A stretch of 64,000 bases of DNA from a virus (lineage: Duplodnaviria; Caudoviricetes). The position numbers and the translations under genes are program-made. Below, piece by piece: positions 54,664 through 63,197 of this stretch (position 1 is the stretch's first letter; every line of letters starts with the position of its first letter). Location: positions 35,705 to 99,704 of the IMG/VR virus record IMGVR_UViG_2721756095_000004, one strand, 5' to 3'. The notes beneath the pieces are model-generated. The model saw only the letters and a program-made list of their open reading frames with translations. It had not been told where the DNA came from and did no database searches.

Positions 54664-55540
54664 GCGCCCCTGCTATATCATCGTAAGATCGGACCCTAAT
54701 AGCTCCGATTTTTTCAAATCTTTCAGGCCATGAGAGATTTGGATTTTGGAAGCAGCTATCCAATATGAATAGCTTGCGCCCTTGTTTCAGGGCCGCTCGC
54801 GCTTGAGTAAGAGTTCCGGATGTCTCCCCCGCTTCAATAATAATTGTAGCGTCCGTTAAGGCGGACATCGTGATATTCCTCTCTGGAAAAAACAAACGAT
54901 TTCCGCGATAGGTTTGCTGCGAGTAGCGCAATATCGGGACCTGGCTTATCAGCAAGTAGTTCTCTGCGATATGCTCTTGAAGGTCAACGTTCTCTGCGGG
55001 GTATGACTCTGTGACGGGCGTGCCAATGACAGCGACAGTCTTGCCACCGGAATCTATCGCTGCTTTATGCGCCGCAGAGTCAACTCCCTTGGCCAAACCA
55101 GAAACGACGGTGAAGCCATCTCGAATCAATAGCTTTACGATTTTCTTCGTCCTGCGTAAACCCTCTTCACTCGGGTTTCTCGTCCCGACAACGGCTACCG
55201 ATTTCTTTGAGTTGACCAAGTCCCACCAACCGCGAAAGTAAAAGAACTCGATCGGATTCGCTGCATCTCGTAGCTTAAGTGGGTATTCCTCGGATCCGTG
55301 TACACGAATACCTAAATCTTTTATTCCCGCTTTCTCAATAACCCTTAGTACCTTCGGAAGAACGTCTTCGATCTCATGCTCGGTTACCAATTCAGAAGGC
55401 ACTAGATCGGGGTTATCTCGAAAGCATTGCGCCAGGGTCTTGAAGGAAGAATTTTCGTGCGCCCAGAGCGCCTCGTAGCCCCCCATTTCGCGAATTGGCG
55501 ATATAGGTGGTTTATTTAGGATGTGCTTTAGGTCAGTCAT
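54656..55540 (-). CDS. DprA/Smf-like protein (ShosA-like antitoxin candidate)
   Basis: YP..L, AVVGTR, VSGLA.GVD..AH, FP.RN..MS, EA...SGT..QA. Confidence 0.9.
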   Translation of the reverse strand: MTDLKHILNKPPISPIREMGGYEALWAHENSSFKTLAQCFRDNPDLVPSELVTEHEIEDVLPKVLRVIEKAGIKDLGIRVHGSEEYPLKLRDAANPIEFFYFRGWWDLVNSKKSVAVVGTRNPSEEGLRRTKKIVKLLIRDGFTVVSGLAKGVDSAAHKAAIDSGGKTVAVIGTPVTESYPAENVDLQEHIAENYLLISQVPILRYSQQTYRGNRLFFPERNITMSALTDATIIIEAGETSGTLTQARAALKQGRKLFILDSCFQNPNLSWPERFEKIGAIRVRSYDDIAGALE

Positions 55541-55667
55541 GTCTCTCACAATTATATCCCTTAACAGCCTCATCCCCTAACTGGTTTACCTTCTAGCTTA
55601 GAGGCCCAGACTTTCCCTGGCCCGCCCAACCCCCTCTAATCATCATGGGGCTATTGTATCAAAATAA

Positions 55668-55718
55668 TTAGGTGGTCCTTATTTTTATCTTGACTTAACG
55701 TTAGGCATACCTTATAGT
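55668..55718 (+). promoter_or_regulatory. OL operators and PL promoter
   Basis: TTGACT-17-TATAGT (55690-55718) with operator TTAGGCATACCTTA (55701-55714); second site TTAGGTGGTCCTTA (55668-55681). Confidence 0.85.
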
Positions 55719-55873
55719 TCTCCCATGCCGAACAAAACGGCAACGAACAAATGAATTGCCTTCCATGAGTCGTCGAGCGCGGGAAGGAGCGGAGCAGCAA
55801 GCTTCGTCGAGCGTGGGAGACGTTAATCACATGAGGCCTTTAGATAGGCCAAGTCCGGTATCCCTTGAGCAAG

Positions 55874-55996
55874 GTGACAGCCTGGAAAGACAGGTAAAGA
55901 TTAAACGATCAGCGGCTAAACGTACTACGCCAGTGATGAAAGATAGCCTTTAGGCGACAGCACAAATCTGGTGCGTGACAGCCGGGAGAGTCCGGC
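55874..55996 (+). repeat. Two GTGACAG-hairpin repeats in the PL leader
   Basis: GTGACAGCCTGGAAAGACAGG (55874-55894) and GTGACAGCCGGGAGAGTCCGGC (55975-55996). Confidence 0.7.
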
Positions 55997-56019
55997 AAGA
56001 ATTTAACAAGGAGGCGGAC

Positions 56020-56211
56020 GTGAACGTATACGCAGAAGCGGTAAAAGCAGGCGGGGATTATTGGAGCAATTACGTTCCTGAAACGCTATCCATACCCAAT
56101 GCCATGAATCGAGTAACCCCGGCTCACGCGGACGACCTCCGCATGTACATGGCCGAGAAATATCCAGAAACAAGACGCGCATTTCAGACGATTACCCTCG
56201 GCCCACTGTAA
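56020..56211 (+). CDS. Hypothetical early protein
   Basis: RBS AAGGAGG before GTG 56020. Confidence 0.6.
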   Translation: MNVYAEAVKAGGDYWSNYVPETLSIPNAMNRVTPAHADDLRMYMAEKYPETRRAFQTITLGPL

Positions 56212-56222
56212 GGAGAAACAGC

Positions 56223-56312
56223 ATGGATTGGATCATTTACTGGTTATTTGCATCAGTGATTCTCGGCCCCTTAGCTGGCCAGTTCATCGCAGCTCAGGAT
56301 CAGGAAGATTAA
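56223..56312 (+). CDS. 29-aa hydrophobic peptide
   Basis: RBS AAGGAG; MDWIIYWLFASVILGPLAGQFIAAQDQED. Confidence 0.55.
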   Translation: MDWIIYWLFASVILGPLAGQFIAAQDQED

Positions 56313-56317
56313 GTTCA

Positions 56318-56373
56318 CCGCGGTGCTAGGTGCTGGTATTTACACCAAAGTCCGGTTCGATTCCGGCTCGCGG
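56318..56373 (+). ncRNA. Degenerate tRNA-like element
   Basis: T-arm CCGG-TTCGATT-CCGG, closing CCGCGG/TCGCGG stem; no normal D-arm or CCA. Confidence 0.35.
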
Positions 56374-56482
56374 CTCATACGCATGGTTATTGAAGGGGAA
56401 TATCTGTTACGTGGCCCGGTAGCTGCCGGGAGGGTCGGAGTAGCTTCTGAACGTGGCGGGTCTATTCAGTACCCAGCCGTAT

Positions 56483-56595
56483 GAGTGTGAATGCGCAGGC
56501 TGATGCGCCGCAGTTGTAGCGCCTGATACCGAAGACTAACAACCTGGGTACGAGAAATGCAGGATGCCGGAGTTCAGTACCGGCCACACTCACCA
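56483..56595 (+). ncRNA. tRNA-like structured RNA ending in ACCA
   Basis: 7-bp GAGTGTG/CACACTC stem plus ACCA; hairpins GCGCA/TGCGC and GCCGG/CCGGC with complementary loops. Confidence 0.55.
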
Positions 56596-56614
56596 GTTAC
56601 TACAGGAGGGGAAG

Positions 56615-56896
56615 ATGGCAACACGAGTTTTTCATATGAATGGAATCGATGATGAGGAAAGGCTGCGCGAATTTTTGCGCGACATTCATCCTCGTGGCCT
56701 CTCGATTGTTTCAGACGGCGACGCGGAAGTGTGGCTTCTCAAGCCTACGATCAAGGGCGGCAGAACCATTGGGAGAATTATTGTTAAGGACGACTCCTTC
56801 TCTGATTTGGTTATGGATACATGGCGTCAGGTTATGAAAGAAATCAGTGAGGCGGACAAAAGACGTGCCGCAGAAATGGACGAGGCTCAACCATGA
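56615..56896 (+). CDS. Hypothetical early protein
   Basis: RBS AGGAGG before ATG 56615. Confidence 0.65.
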   Translation: MATRVFHMNGIDDEERLREFLRDIHPRGLSIVSDGDAEVWLLKPTIKGGRTIGRIIVKDDSFSDLVMDTWRQVMKEISEADKRRAAEMDEAQP

Positions 56897-57147
56897 GCGC
56901 CCTAGAAGCCCTCAACTGGCACAGCGCATTAGTAGAGCGCCGCCCTGCCCCGCTTGAGATGACAGCGGAACAGATTAGATCATTCCTGGATGAGCACGAA
57001 GTCGGCGTGTCTTGGACGCCAGCATCAAGACAGACATTGCGCGTTGTCACGCTTACATCGGATTCGTTCCCCACAACAAAAGGCATCACGCTGCATCAAG
57101 CGGTGTGCAGAGCAGAGGCGAAGTTTAAGGAGATAGACGGTGAATAA
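56893..57147 (+). CDS. Hypothetical early protein
   Basis: ATGA overlap. Confidence 0.6.
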   Translation: MSALEALNWHSALVERRPAPLEMTAEQIRSFLDEHEVGVSWTPASRQTLRVVTLTSDSFPTTKGITLHQAVCRAEAKFKEIDGE

Positions 57148-57526
57148 CGATAAGAGCAAGCCCTTTGATTTAGAAGCAGCGAAGGCCGGGAATCCCGTGG
57201 AGTATTGCAACAAAGGCGGCGTCTGGACTGAGGCCGAGTTTGTTGCTGTAAATAGAGCTGGCCGGCTTGTGGTTGTTTTTAAGTCTCCAGACACAAATAC
57301 GTGGATGCCGATATTTGCAGAAGAAGATGATCTCCGCATGGCCGCAAAAAAGGTAACTGTGCGGTATCGAGCTTATCTGTGGAAAGACAAAGATGGGTCT
57401 ATCAGGCCTGGGATCACCGATCCAAAGAAGATGCCATACGCGAACCCTGAGATGGGAGAAGAATTCATAGAGTGGATTCACCGCGACTGGCAAGAAGCCG
57501 AGATCACACCGCCAGAGTCTACCTGA
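57140..57526 (+). CDS. Hypothetical phage protein
   Basis: KPFDLEAAKAG.PV ... DL.M pattern; RBS AAGGAG. Confidence 0.7.
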   Translation: MNNDKSKPFDLEAAKAGNPVEYCNKGGVWTEAEFVAVNRAGRLVVVFKSPDTNTWMPIFAEEDDLRMAAKKVTVRYRAYLWKDKDGSIRPGITDPKKMPYANPEMGEEFIEWIHRDWQEAEITPPEST

Positions 57527-57590
57527 TCCTCCCTAACCATCCCCCGGCATGGGTGTAGACAGCCGGGACTAATTTTAGAAGGAAATCATT

Positions 57591-58520
57591 ATGAATGCAT
57601 CGATTCAAATATTAACCCCTGATCGCCAAACCTTTATTGGAGGTTCCGATGTCGCGGCCATTCTGGGCATATCAAAATGGAAATCGCCCTTCCAGCTTTA
57701 TCACGAAAAGATCGGTGCGTATGTCGAAGAGTCCAACCCACTCCGCGACAAGGTGCTAAATCGCGGGAAAAGGTGGGAGCCGGTTGTCGTTGAAATGCTG
57801 ATAGATGAACTCGAATCACAGGGTCGCGAAGTAAAGATTATTGGGCGCAATGCCCGATACCAAGATCCCCAACACCCATTTCTAGCAGCAGAAATTGACC
57901 TTGAATTACTGATTGACGGCGAAGAGGTAAACGGCGAAATAAAGACCGTTCACCCTTTCGCGGCCAAGGACTGGGGTGAAGAGGGAACCGATGAAATCCC
58001 GGTTTATTACACCGCCCAGGTGATGCACGGCTTGATGATCAAGCCCCGCCGCCGTGCAATTGTCGCCGCGCTAATAGGGGCGGACGATCTACGGCTGCAC
58101 GAAGTTGTCCGCGATGATGATCTTATCACCGGAATAAGGGCAAAGGAAATCGAGTTTTGGCAACGGGTTCAAGATCGGGTCGCGCCCGAGCCGACAGAGG
58201 CAGCGGATGTGAAGTGGCTTTATGGGAAAGACCTTGGAACGGTAGCGGAAGCAGATGATGGTCTAGCTCTGCTATGCCAGGCGCTTAAAGACAAAAAGAC
58301 ATCCTTTAAGACTCTTGAAGAGGAAATCGAGGAGCTATCAACGAGCATAAAGATACGGATTGGCAATGCGGCAACCTTGCTGTATCGAGATCGCCCCATA
58401 GCAACGTGGAAAACACAACAAACCAACCGACTCGATACGAAAGCACTTGAAACGGCTCATCCTGAAATAGCCGTAGCGTTTAGAAAAACAACCGAATCTC
58501 GCGTTCTGAGACTCAAATAA
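57591..58520 (+). CDS. YqaJ-family 5'-3' exonuclease
   Basis: R...IGGSD.AAILG.S.W.SP..LY..K, D...E.KT, Y..Q. Confidence 0.93.
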   Translation: MNASIQILTPDRQTFIGGSDVAAILGISKWKSPFQLYHEKIGAYVEESNPLRDKVLNRGKRWEPVVVEMLIDELESQGREVKIIGRNARYQDPQHPFLAAEIDLELLIDGEEVNGEIKTVHPFAAKDWGEEGTDEIPVYYTAQVMHGLMIKPRRRAIVAALIGADDLRLHEVVRDDDLITGIRAKEIEFWQRVQDRVAPEPTEAADVKWLYGKDLGTVAEADDGLALLCQALKDKKTSFKTLEEEIEELSTSIKIRIGNAATLLYRDRPIATWKTQQTNRLDTKALETAHPEIAVAFRKTTESRVLRLK

Positions 58521-58544
58521 AACACACCGACAGGAGATAGGATT

Positions 58545-59447
58545 ATGAGCACAAATGCCTTGAAATCGGCCGTTACCGGGCAAACCCCGGCGCCTAAATT
58601 CTCGGACTTGAAGCCGAAAGAGCAGATCGCCCACTTGTTGAAGGTGAAGCAAGGCGAGATAGCCAAAATGCTTCCGAAGCACCTGAACGCGGAGCGGCTT
58701 ATGAAGGTTGCTCAAATTGCGGCAACCACTACCCCGGCACTTGCCAAGTGCGATGTGCCAAGCCTGGTAGGAGCCATAGGGCAATGCGCCCAGATGGGAT
58801 TGGAGCCGAATACCGTACTCGGCCACGCCTATCTGGTGCCGTTTAACGTCAAACGTAAGGACGCAGACGGCAACGAAAAATGGGTAAACAGCGTTCAGGT
58901 AATCATCGGGTACAAGGGGCTAATAGACCTTGCGCGGCGCTCCGGCCAGATTGTGAGTATTGCGGCGCATGAGGTATGCGAGAACGATGAGTTTGAACTC
59001 GTGTATGGATTGGACGAAAAACTGAATCACACCCCGGCCATGGGCGAACGCGGAGAGATTGTTGGTTTTTATGCAATCGCCAAACTCAAAGACGGCGGAC
59101 ATGCGTTTGAGTTCATGAGCCGGTATCAGGTGGACGAGATTATGCGGTCCAGCCAAAGCAAGGGCAAGTATGGGCCATGGAAGGATCACTTCACCGAAAT
59201 GGGCCGCAAGACCGTTATACGTCGCCTTGCCAAGTATCTTCCCTTATCCATTGAATTCCAGACAGCTGCCGCGCTTGATGGGATGGCCGAAGGCGGTAAA
59301 GACCAGCACAACGACAGCATTGACGGCGACTTCATGATCATGCCGGACGATGCGCCAGGAGTGGATACTGAAACCGGCGAATGGCAGCCCTCACCCGAAG
59401 AGCAAGAGCAAATTAAGCGGCGTGAGTTGGCAGAGGAAGGAAAATAA
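58545..59447 (+). CDS. recT: RecT ssDNA annealing protein
   Basis: GLEP...LG.AYLVPF, IGYKG.IDLARRSG, PW......M..KT..RRL.K.LP.S. Confidence 0.95.
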   Translation: MSTNALKSAVTGQTPAPKFSDLKPKEQIAHLLKVKQGEIAKMLPKHLNAERLMKVAQIAATTTPALAKCDVPSLVGAIGQCAQMGLEPNTVLGHAYLVPFNVKRKDADGNEKWVNSVQVIIGYKGLIDLARRSGQIVSIAAHEVCENDEFELVYGLDEKLNHTPAMGERGEIVGFYAIAKLKDGGHAFEFMSRYQVDEIMRSSQSKGKYGPWKDHFTEMGRKTVIRRLAKYLPLSIEFQTAAALDGMAEGGKDQHNDSIDGDFMIMPDDAPGVDTETGEWQPSPEEQEQIKRRELAEEGK

Positions 59448-59449
59448 CC

Positions 59450-59716
59450 ATGGCATTCGAGCAGCGCCCCGGCAACGGGGTTTTATTCCGCAACACAAAA
59501 AAGGGTGATAACCCGAAAGCTCCAGACTATACCGGCAACGCGCTATCTCCATCCGGCGAGCATTTCTAGCTTTCGGCCTGGATCAAGGAAGGCGCAAAGG
59601 GCAAGTTTATGAGCATTGCGCTGAAGCCCAAGTTTGAGCCGAATCAGCAAGGCAAGGCCAAGACGAGCGATCCATTCCCGGCTGACGCTGGTGATTTGGG
59701 CGATTGCCCGTTCTGA
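59450..59716 (+). pseudogene. SSB-like (DUF736-like) gene with in-frame TAG at 59567-59569
   Basis: G.LFRN..K....PDY.G......F*LSAW.K....KFMS... ending GDCPF; follows recT. Confidence 0.75.
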
Positions 59717-59730
59717 TGGAGACAGACGAA

Positions 59731-59934
59731 ATGATCAACGACTTCAAAAACTACCAAGCTCGCCCCAAGATTAACAGGGATCGCGTCATAGCCTGCGTAC
59801 TCTTTATCGCGCTCGTAATCGTCCTGTCCGTCCGATTAGAGCCAGCCAGCGCCGAGCCTCAGTTAGCAGTGATTACATACGACTGCGCCCCGGCAATGGA
59901 AATGGGTATGCCGATCCAGGAAGTGCGGCTATGA
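59731..59934 (+). CDS. Small membrane protein
   Basis: RBS GGAG; one TM helix. Confidence 0.5.
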   Translation: MINDFKNYQARPKINRDRVIACVLFIALVIVLSVRLEPASAEPQLAVITYDCAPAMEMGMPIQEVRL

Positions 59935-60269
59935 GCGAACCAATCCAAATAGCCCGCGCTCAGCGTCCTGGCGAACCCATCCCGCACTACTCAACCATGG
60001 CCCTCTTGTGCGGCTGTACTTTCCCTGCTCCCACGCCAGCGAAAAACGAAGTCCCAGAATGGGGTCGAATAATCGGAAGCCGCAAGGGTGCTGCTGTCTT
60101 GAAGCAAAGGCGTGATGAGCGTTTCGAGCCGCATCTACGCACGATCATCAAGATGCTTAAAGACGGTGAATCAGCAGCTGCGATTGGGCGCGCTATCGGA
60201 ATGAGCGAAACTCCGATCCGGAATTACATTCGTGTTAAGAATTTGAGGGAGGTGGAAAGTGAGCGATAG
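59931..60269 (+). CDS. HTH-containing hypothetical protein
   Basis: G.S..AIGR.IG.S...I..Y. Confidence 0.6.
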   Translation: MSEPIQIARAQRPGEPIPHYSTMALLCGCTFPAPTPAKNEVPEWGRIIGSRKGAAVLKQRRDERFEPHLRTIIKMLKDGESAAAIGRAIGMSETPIRNYIRVKNLREVESER

Positions 60270-60723
60270 AGAACAATTCGAGAAGTGGTCGGATGAGAAC
60301 GTAGGGTTCTTAACCCCTTTCAACGCATGGCAAGCCCGCCAGCCCGAGATTGATGCGCTCCGGAAGCAATTGACGGAGTCGGTCGTACTTGATGGAGCAT
60401 GGGAAACATCGAAAGTTCTGGCTGATAAGGTTTACGCACTACAGCAAGAAAACGCCGCGATCAAGGCCGAAGTAGATCGGTTGCGGAATAAGGTAGAAGC
60501 TCCCAGTTTTTTCCTGCTCGGACTGACAAGCTCCCCTAATGTCCCAGAGGTTTTCCGACAAGCCGCTCTTATGCATTACAAGTCACTTCACGCCGCAATG
60601 AAGGAGACGAAAACACCAAAGTTCGATAAAACTTTCTGCTCCAACTGCGGCGGCGAGTTCGGACCAGGGGATCACGGTTACTCATATTGCGAAAGCCACG
60701 AAGGTCAACGGAGGATAGGATGA
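60259..60723 (+). CDS. Hypothetical protein (Ead-like mosaic)
   Basis: RE.FE.W....AWQAR, coiled coil, CSNCG..FGP...G.S.C..H. Confidence 0.65.
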   Translation: MSDREQFEKWSDENVGFLTPFNAWQARQPEIDALRKQLTESVVLDGAWETSKVLADKVYALQQENAAIKAEVDRLRNKVEAPSFFLLGLTSSPNVPEVFRQAALMHYKSLHAAMKETKTPKFDKTFCSNCGGEFGPGDHGYSYCESHEGQRRIG

Positions 60724-61160
60724 AAATACCAGAAGGATGGCCGACCGATGAAATGACGCAGGCCGGGTTCTTAGTATTACCTGCGGGCTTCAACCGTATT
60801 GGCTACGATGCTTTGCGATCCGTACTCCAAGCCGCGCTCGAAGCCGCCCCGACACCGCCAACGCCAGAGGTTGAGCCGGTTGCGTGGATGCACAATGAGT
60901 CACGCCGGGTTGACGTAGTTCATGCCGAGGCAAAAGGATTGTGGCTAAAGGTTTCGCCGAAACGGGTCGAGCACTACACCATTCCGCTCTACACCCACCC
61001 CGCCAACGACGAACTGCTGAAGGCGTTGCGGCAATGTCAGAACGCCCTTGAACCCTACGATGACATAAAGCCGCGTGACTGGAAAACAGACAGGGAGAAA
61101 CTTGCGGCAGCACATCAAGCCGCAAAAGCAATCCTCGCACGATACCAGGAGGGGAAGTGA
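60720..61160 (+). CDS. Hypothetical protein (Eaa-like mosaic)
   Basis: PT.EM..AG, AAP.PP, EPVAW ... PLY.HP. Confidence 0.65.
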   Translation: MKIPEGWPTDEMTQAGFLVLPAGFNRIGYDALRSVLQAALEAAPTPPTPEVEPVAWMHNESRRVDVVHAEAKGLWLKVSPKRVEHYTIPLYTHPANDELLKALRQCQNALEPYDDIKPRDWKTDREKLAAAHQAAKAILARYQEGK

Positions 61161-61774
61161 AAGAGCGCCCAATTTTATTCAGCGCGCCGATGGTTCGGGC
61201 GTTGCTTGAAGGCCGCAAGACGCAGACGAGGCGGATTGTGAAAGGAGCAGCCCTGGAATGGCTCGCGCCTGGAATGTTCACGTGCGAGTGTGTGGCATCA
61301 CCTGAGAATCACCTGTGCCCCCACGGACGGCCGGGCGACAGGTTATGGGTGAAAGAGACGTGGCAAGTATTTAGACCCGGTTCTGAAACACCGATTCTTG
61401 GCCGCATGAAAGAACAACCAGGCGGGATCGTCTGTATGAGCTACGCCGCATCTGAAGATGAGCGTGTAGCAGAATATCCTCACGCAAAGCGGTTTAATGG
61501 ACCTTGGCGCCCATCGATCTTCATGCCGCGGTGGGCCAGCCGCATCCTGCTTGAAATTACCGACATTAGGGTCGAGCGTTTGCAGGATATAAGCGAAGAG
61601 GATGCGATTGCGGAAGGTGTTCAGATCACGGATGAATGGACTGGATGTGCCGAGGACTTGAACGGCAGTCACGTCCAGGCATACCGGCATTTATGGGAAT
61701 CAATCAACGGCGCCGGTAGTTGGGACGCCAATCCGTGGGTATGGGTTGTGGAGTTTAAGAGGATTGAGTCATGA
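61157..61774 (+). CDS. ASCH/PUA-like phage protein
   Basis: MKERPILFS.PMVRA.L.GRKTQTRR, GDRLWV.ET, W.PSI.MPR.ASRI, NPWVWV. Confidence 0.85.
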   Translation: MKERPILFSAPMVRALLEGRKTQTRRIVKGAALEWLAPGMFTCECVASPENHLCPHGRPGDRLWVKETWQVFRPGSETPILGRMKEQPGGIVCMSYAASEDERVAEYPHAKRFNGPWRPSIFMPRWASRILLEITDIRVERLQDISEEDAIAEGVQITDEWTGCAEDLNGSHVQAYRHLWESINGAGSWDANPWVWVVEFKRIES

Positions 61775-61849
61775 GCAAGATCAAGGTATCAACGCTCGAT
61801 GGCGTTTCTTACTCATCGCTGAAGGCTGAAGCGAAGGCGCGGGAAGCAA

Positions 61850-62401
61850 ATGGATAATATTAAATGGAACGAAGGCATGATCGGCAGAGAACTTGCCTTG
61901 AATTATTTCCAGCGGCGGCATTTGGTGGTTGTGCCTAATTGCGGCTGGACTGGCTATGAATGTGACCTGCTTGTTGTAACCAAAAATCTCCGCATTATCG
62001 ACGTTGAGATAAAGATAAGCCGATCTGATCTCCGGGCTGATGTCAAAAAGGACAAATGGTGGAAGACTTATGCCATGGATCCGGTTGCAGGATTTCATCG
62101 TAGGTTAGATGAGCCGGAGCCGAAGACGTGGCCAGAAAAGGTGTGGAAGCATTACTACGCCGCGCCCCTTGAAATATGGGATGAGTCCCTGACAGAAAAA
62201 ATTCCGGCCGCATCCGGCATCCTGCTGCTATACCGCGGACACCATGGAGAGGTTCGGTACGAATGCCGGAGACCAGCAAGGCCAAATCCTGACGCAGAAA
62301 AACTATCACCGGAAAGCGCCGTCGATATAGCAAGGCTAGCTAGCCTACGCATGTGGAACGCGTATCAATCTCTTCAAAATGAACGGGCTCGGGCGACATG
62401 A
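61850..62401 (+). CDS. MmcB-like PD-(D/E)XK nuclease
   Basis: ECDLL......D.EIKISRSD..AD..K, YY..P, G.L. Confidence 0.75.
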   Translation: MDNIKWNEGMIGRELALNYFQRRHLVVVPNCGWTGYECDLLVVTKNLRIIDVEIKISRSDLRADVKKDKWWKTYAMDPVAGFHRRLDEPEPKTWPEKVWKHYYAAPLEIWDESLTEKIPAASGILLLYRGHHGEVRYECRRPARPNPDAEKLSPESAVDIARLASLRMWNAYQSLQNERARAT

Positions 62402-62652
62402 GACAGCACCATGATCTCAAATCCATTCCCGATCACTTTCAGCCGTCAACAGAAGGCCGGAAAACGTTCGAGATACGAAAGGATGACCGGAACTTCCAAG
62501 TCGGCGATACGGTAACGCTCCATGAATATTGCTATGACTATTACACCGGGCGCCAAGTCAGTGGCCGGATTAGCTACATTGACCGATTCGCTCAACAAGA
62601 GGGCTATGTTGTTTTCGCCCTGGAGTGGATCGGGATGTGGATTGTGCAATGA
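62398..62652 (+). CDS. DUF3850 / ASCH domain protein
   Basis: H.LK..P..F.....G.K.FEIR.DDR.FQVGD...L.E. Confidence 0.88.
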   Translation: MRQHHDLKSIPDHFQPSTEGRKTFEIRKDDRNFQVGDTVTLHEYCYDYYTGRQVSGRISYIDRFAQQEGYVVFALEWIGMWIVQ

Positions 62653-62664
62653 GGGGAAGTTGAA

Positions 62665-62850
62665 GTGAGCAAATATTCCACAGACTGGCGCAAAGTGATT
62701 TTAACGATCAATCGCTCACGGAAATGGCCTCGCAAGACTATAGCGGCGCAAGTTGGCGTATCTGAATCCACGATCCGCGACTGGCAGGCCGGAAAGAGCG
62801 AGCCGAGATATTCGTTGGGTATGGAGCTGTTGAGGATTGCGGGGGAATGA
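62665..62850 (+). CDS. Small XRE-type HTH protein
   Basis: DW......IA..VGVS.STI..W..G..EPR...G. Confidence 0.75.
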   Translation: MSKYSTDWRKVILTINRSRKWPRKTIAAQVGVSESTIRDWQAGKSEPRYSLGMELLRIAGE

Positions 62851-63197
62851 GCGACCTTACCGCGCCAGAGGCTGCAGCGTATCTTGGCCTACCTCTCCGT
62901 ACCTTCTATTATTTCGTGCAGCAGGGGCGGATTCCTCGTATTATTTACGGGCCCCGCGTCACGCGCTACGAACAATCAGACCTCGATTCATTCAAAAAAT
63001 CATGCCGATCAGATTCGACAAGAAAAATAAACGCTGGCGTTTCGAGTTCAACCGAATCGTCGGGAACGAAAGGGTCAGACGTTCTTGCCTCCTTCCGGCG
63101 AGCTGGAGTCAGGATCAAGCCCACGCCTACGACCGGCAGGAAAGCGGCCGTATTTACGCTGTCGCTAGTGGACTCGAAAAACCAAAGCCAGAGATAA
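62847..63197 (+). CDS. xis: Excisionase (HTH), tail overlapping integrase
   Basis: LT..EAA.YLG....T.Y..V..G.IP......RY...DLD.F; directly upstream of int. Confidence 0.75.
   Translation: MSDLTAPEAAAYLGLPLRTFYYFVQQGRIPRIIYGPRVTRYEQSDLDSFKKSCRSDSTRKINAGVSSSTESSGTKGSDVLASFRRAGVRIKPTPTTGRKAAVFTLSLVDSKNQSQR

Noticed and set aside
59567-59569. Amber recoding of the phage genome
   Set aside because: Single case; other genes end normally in TAG and no suppressor tRNA is visible
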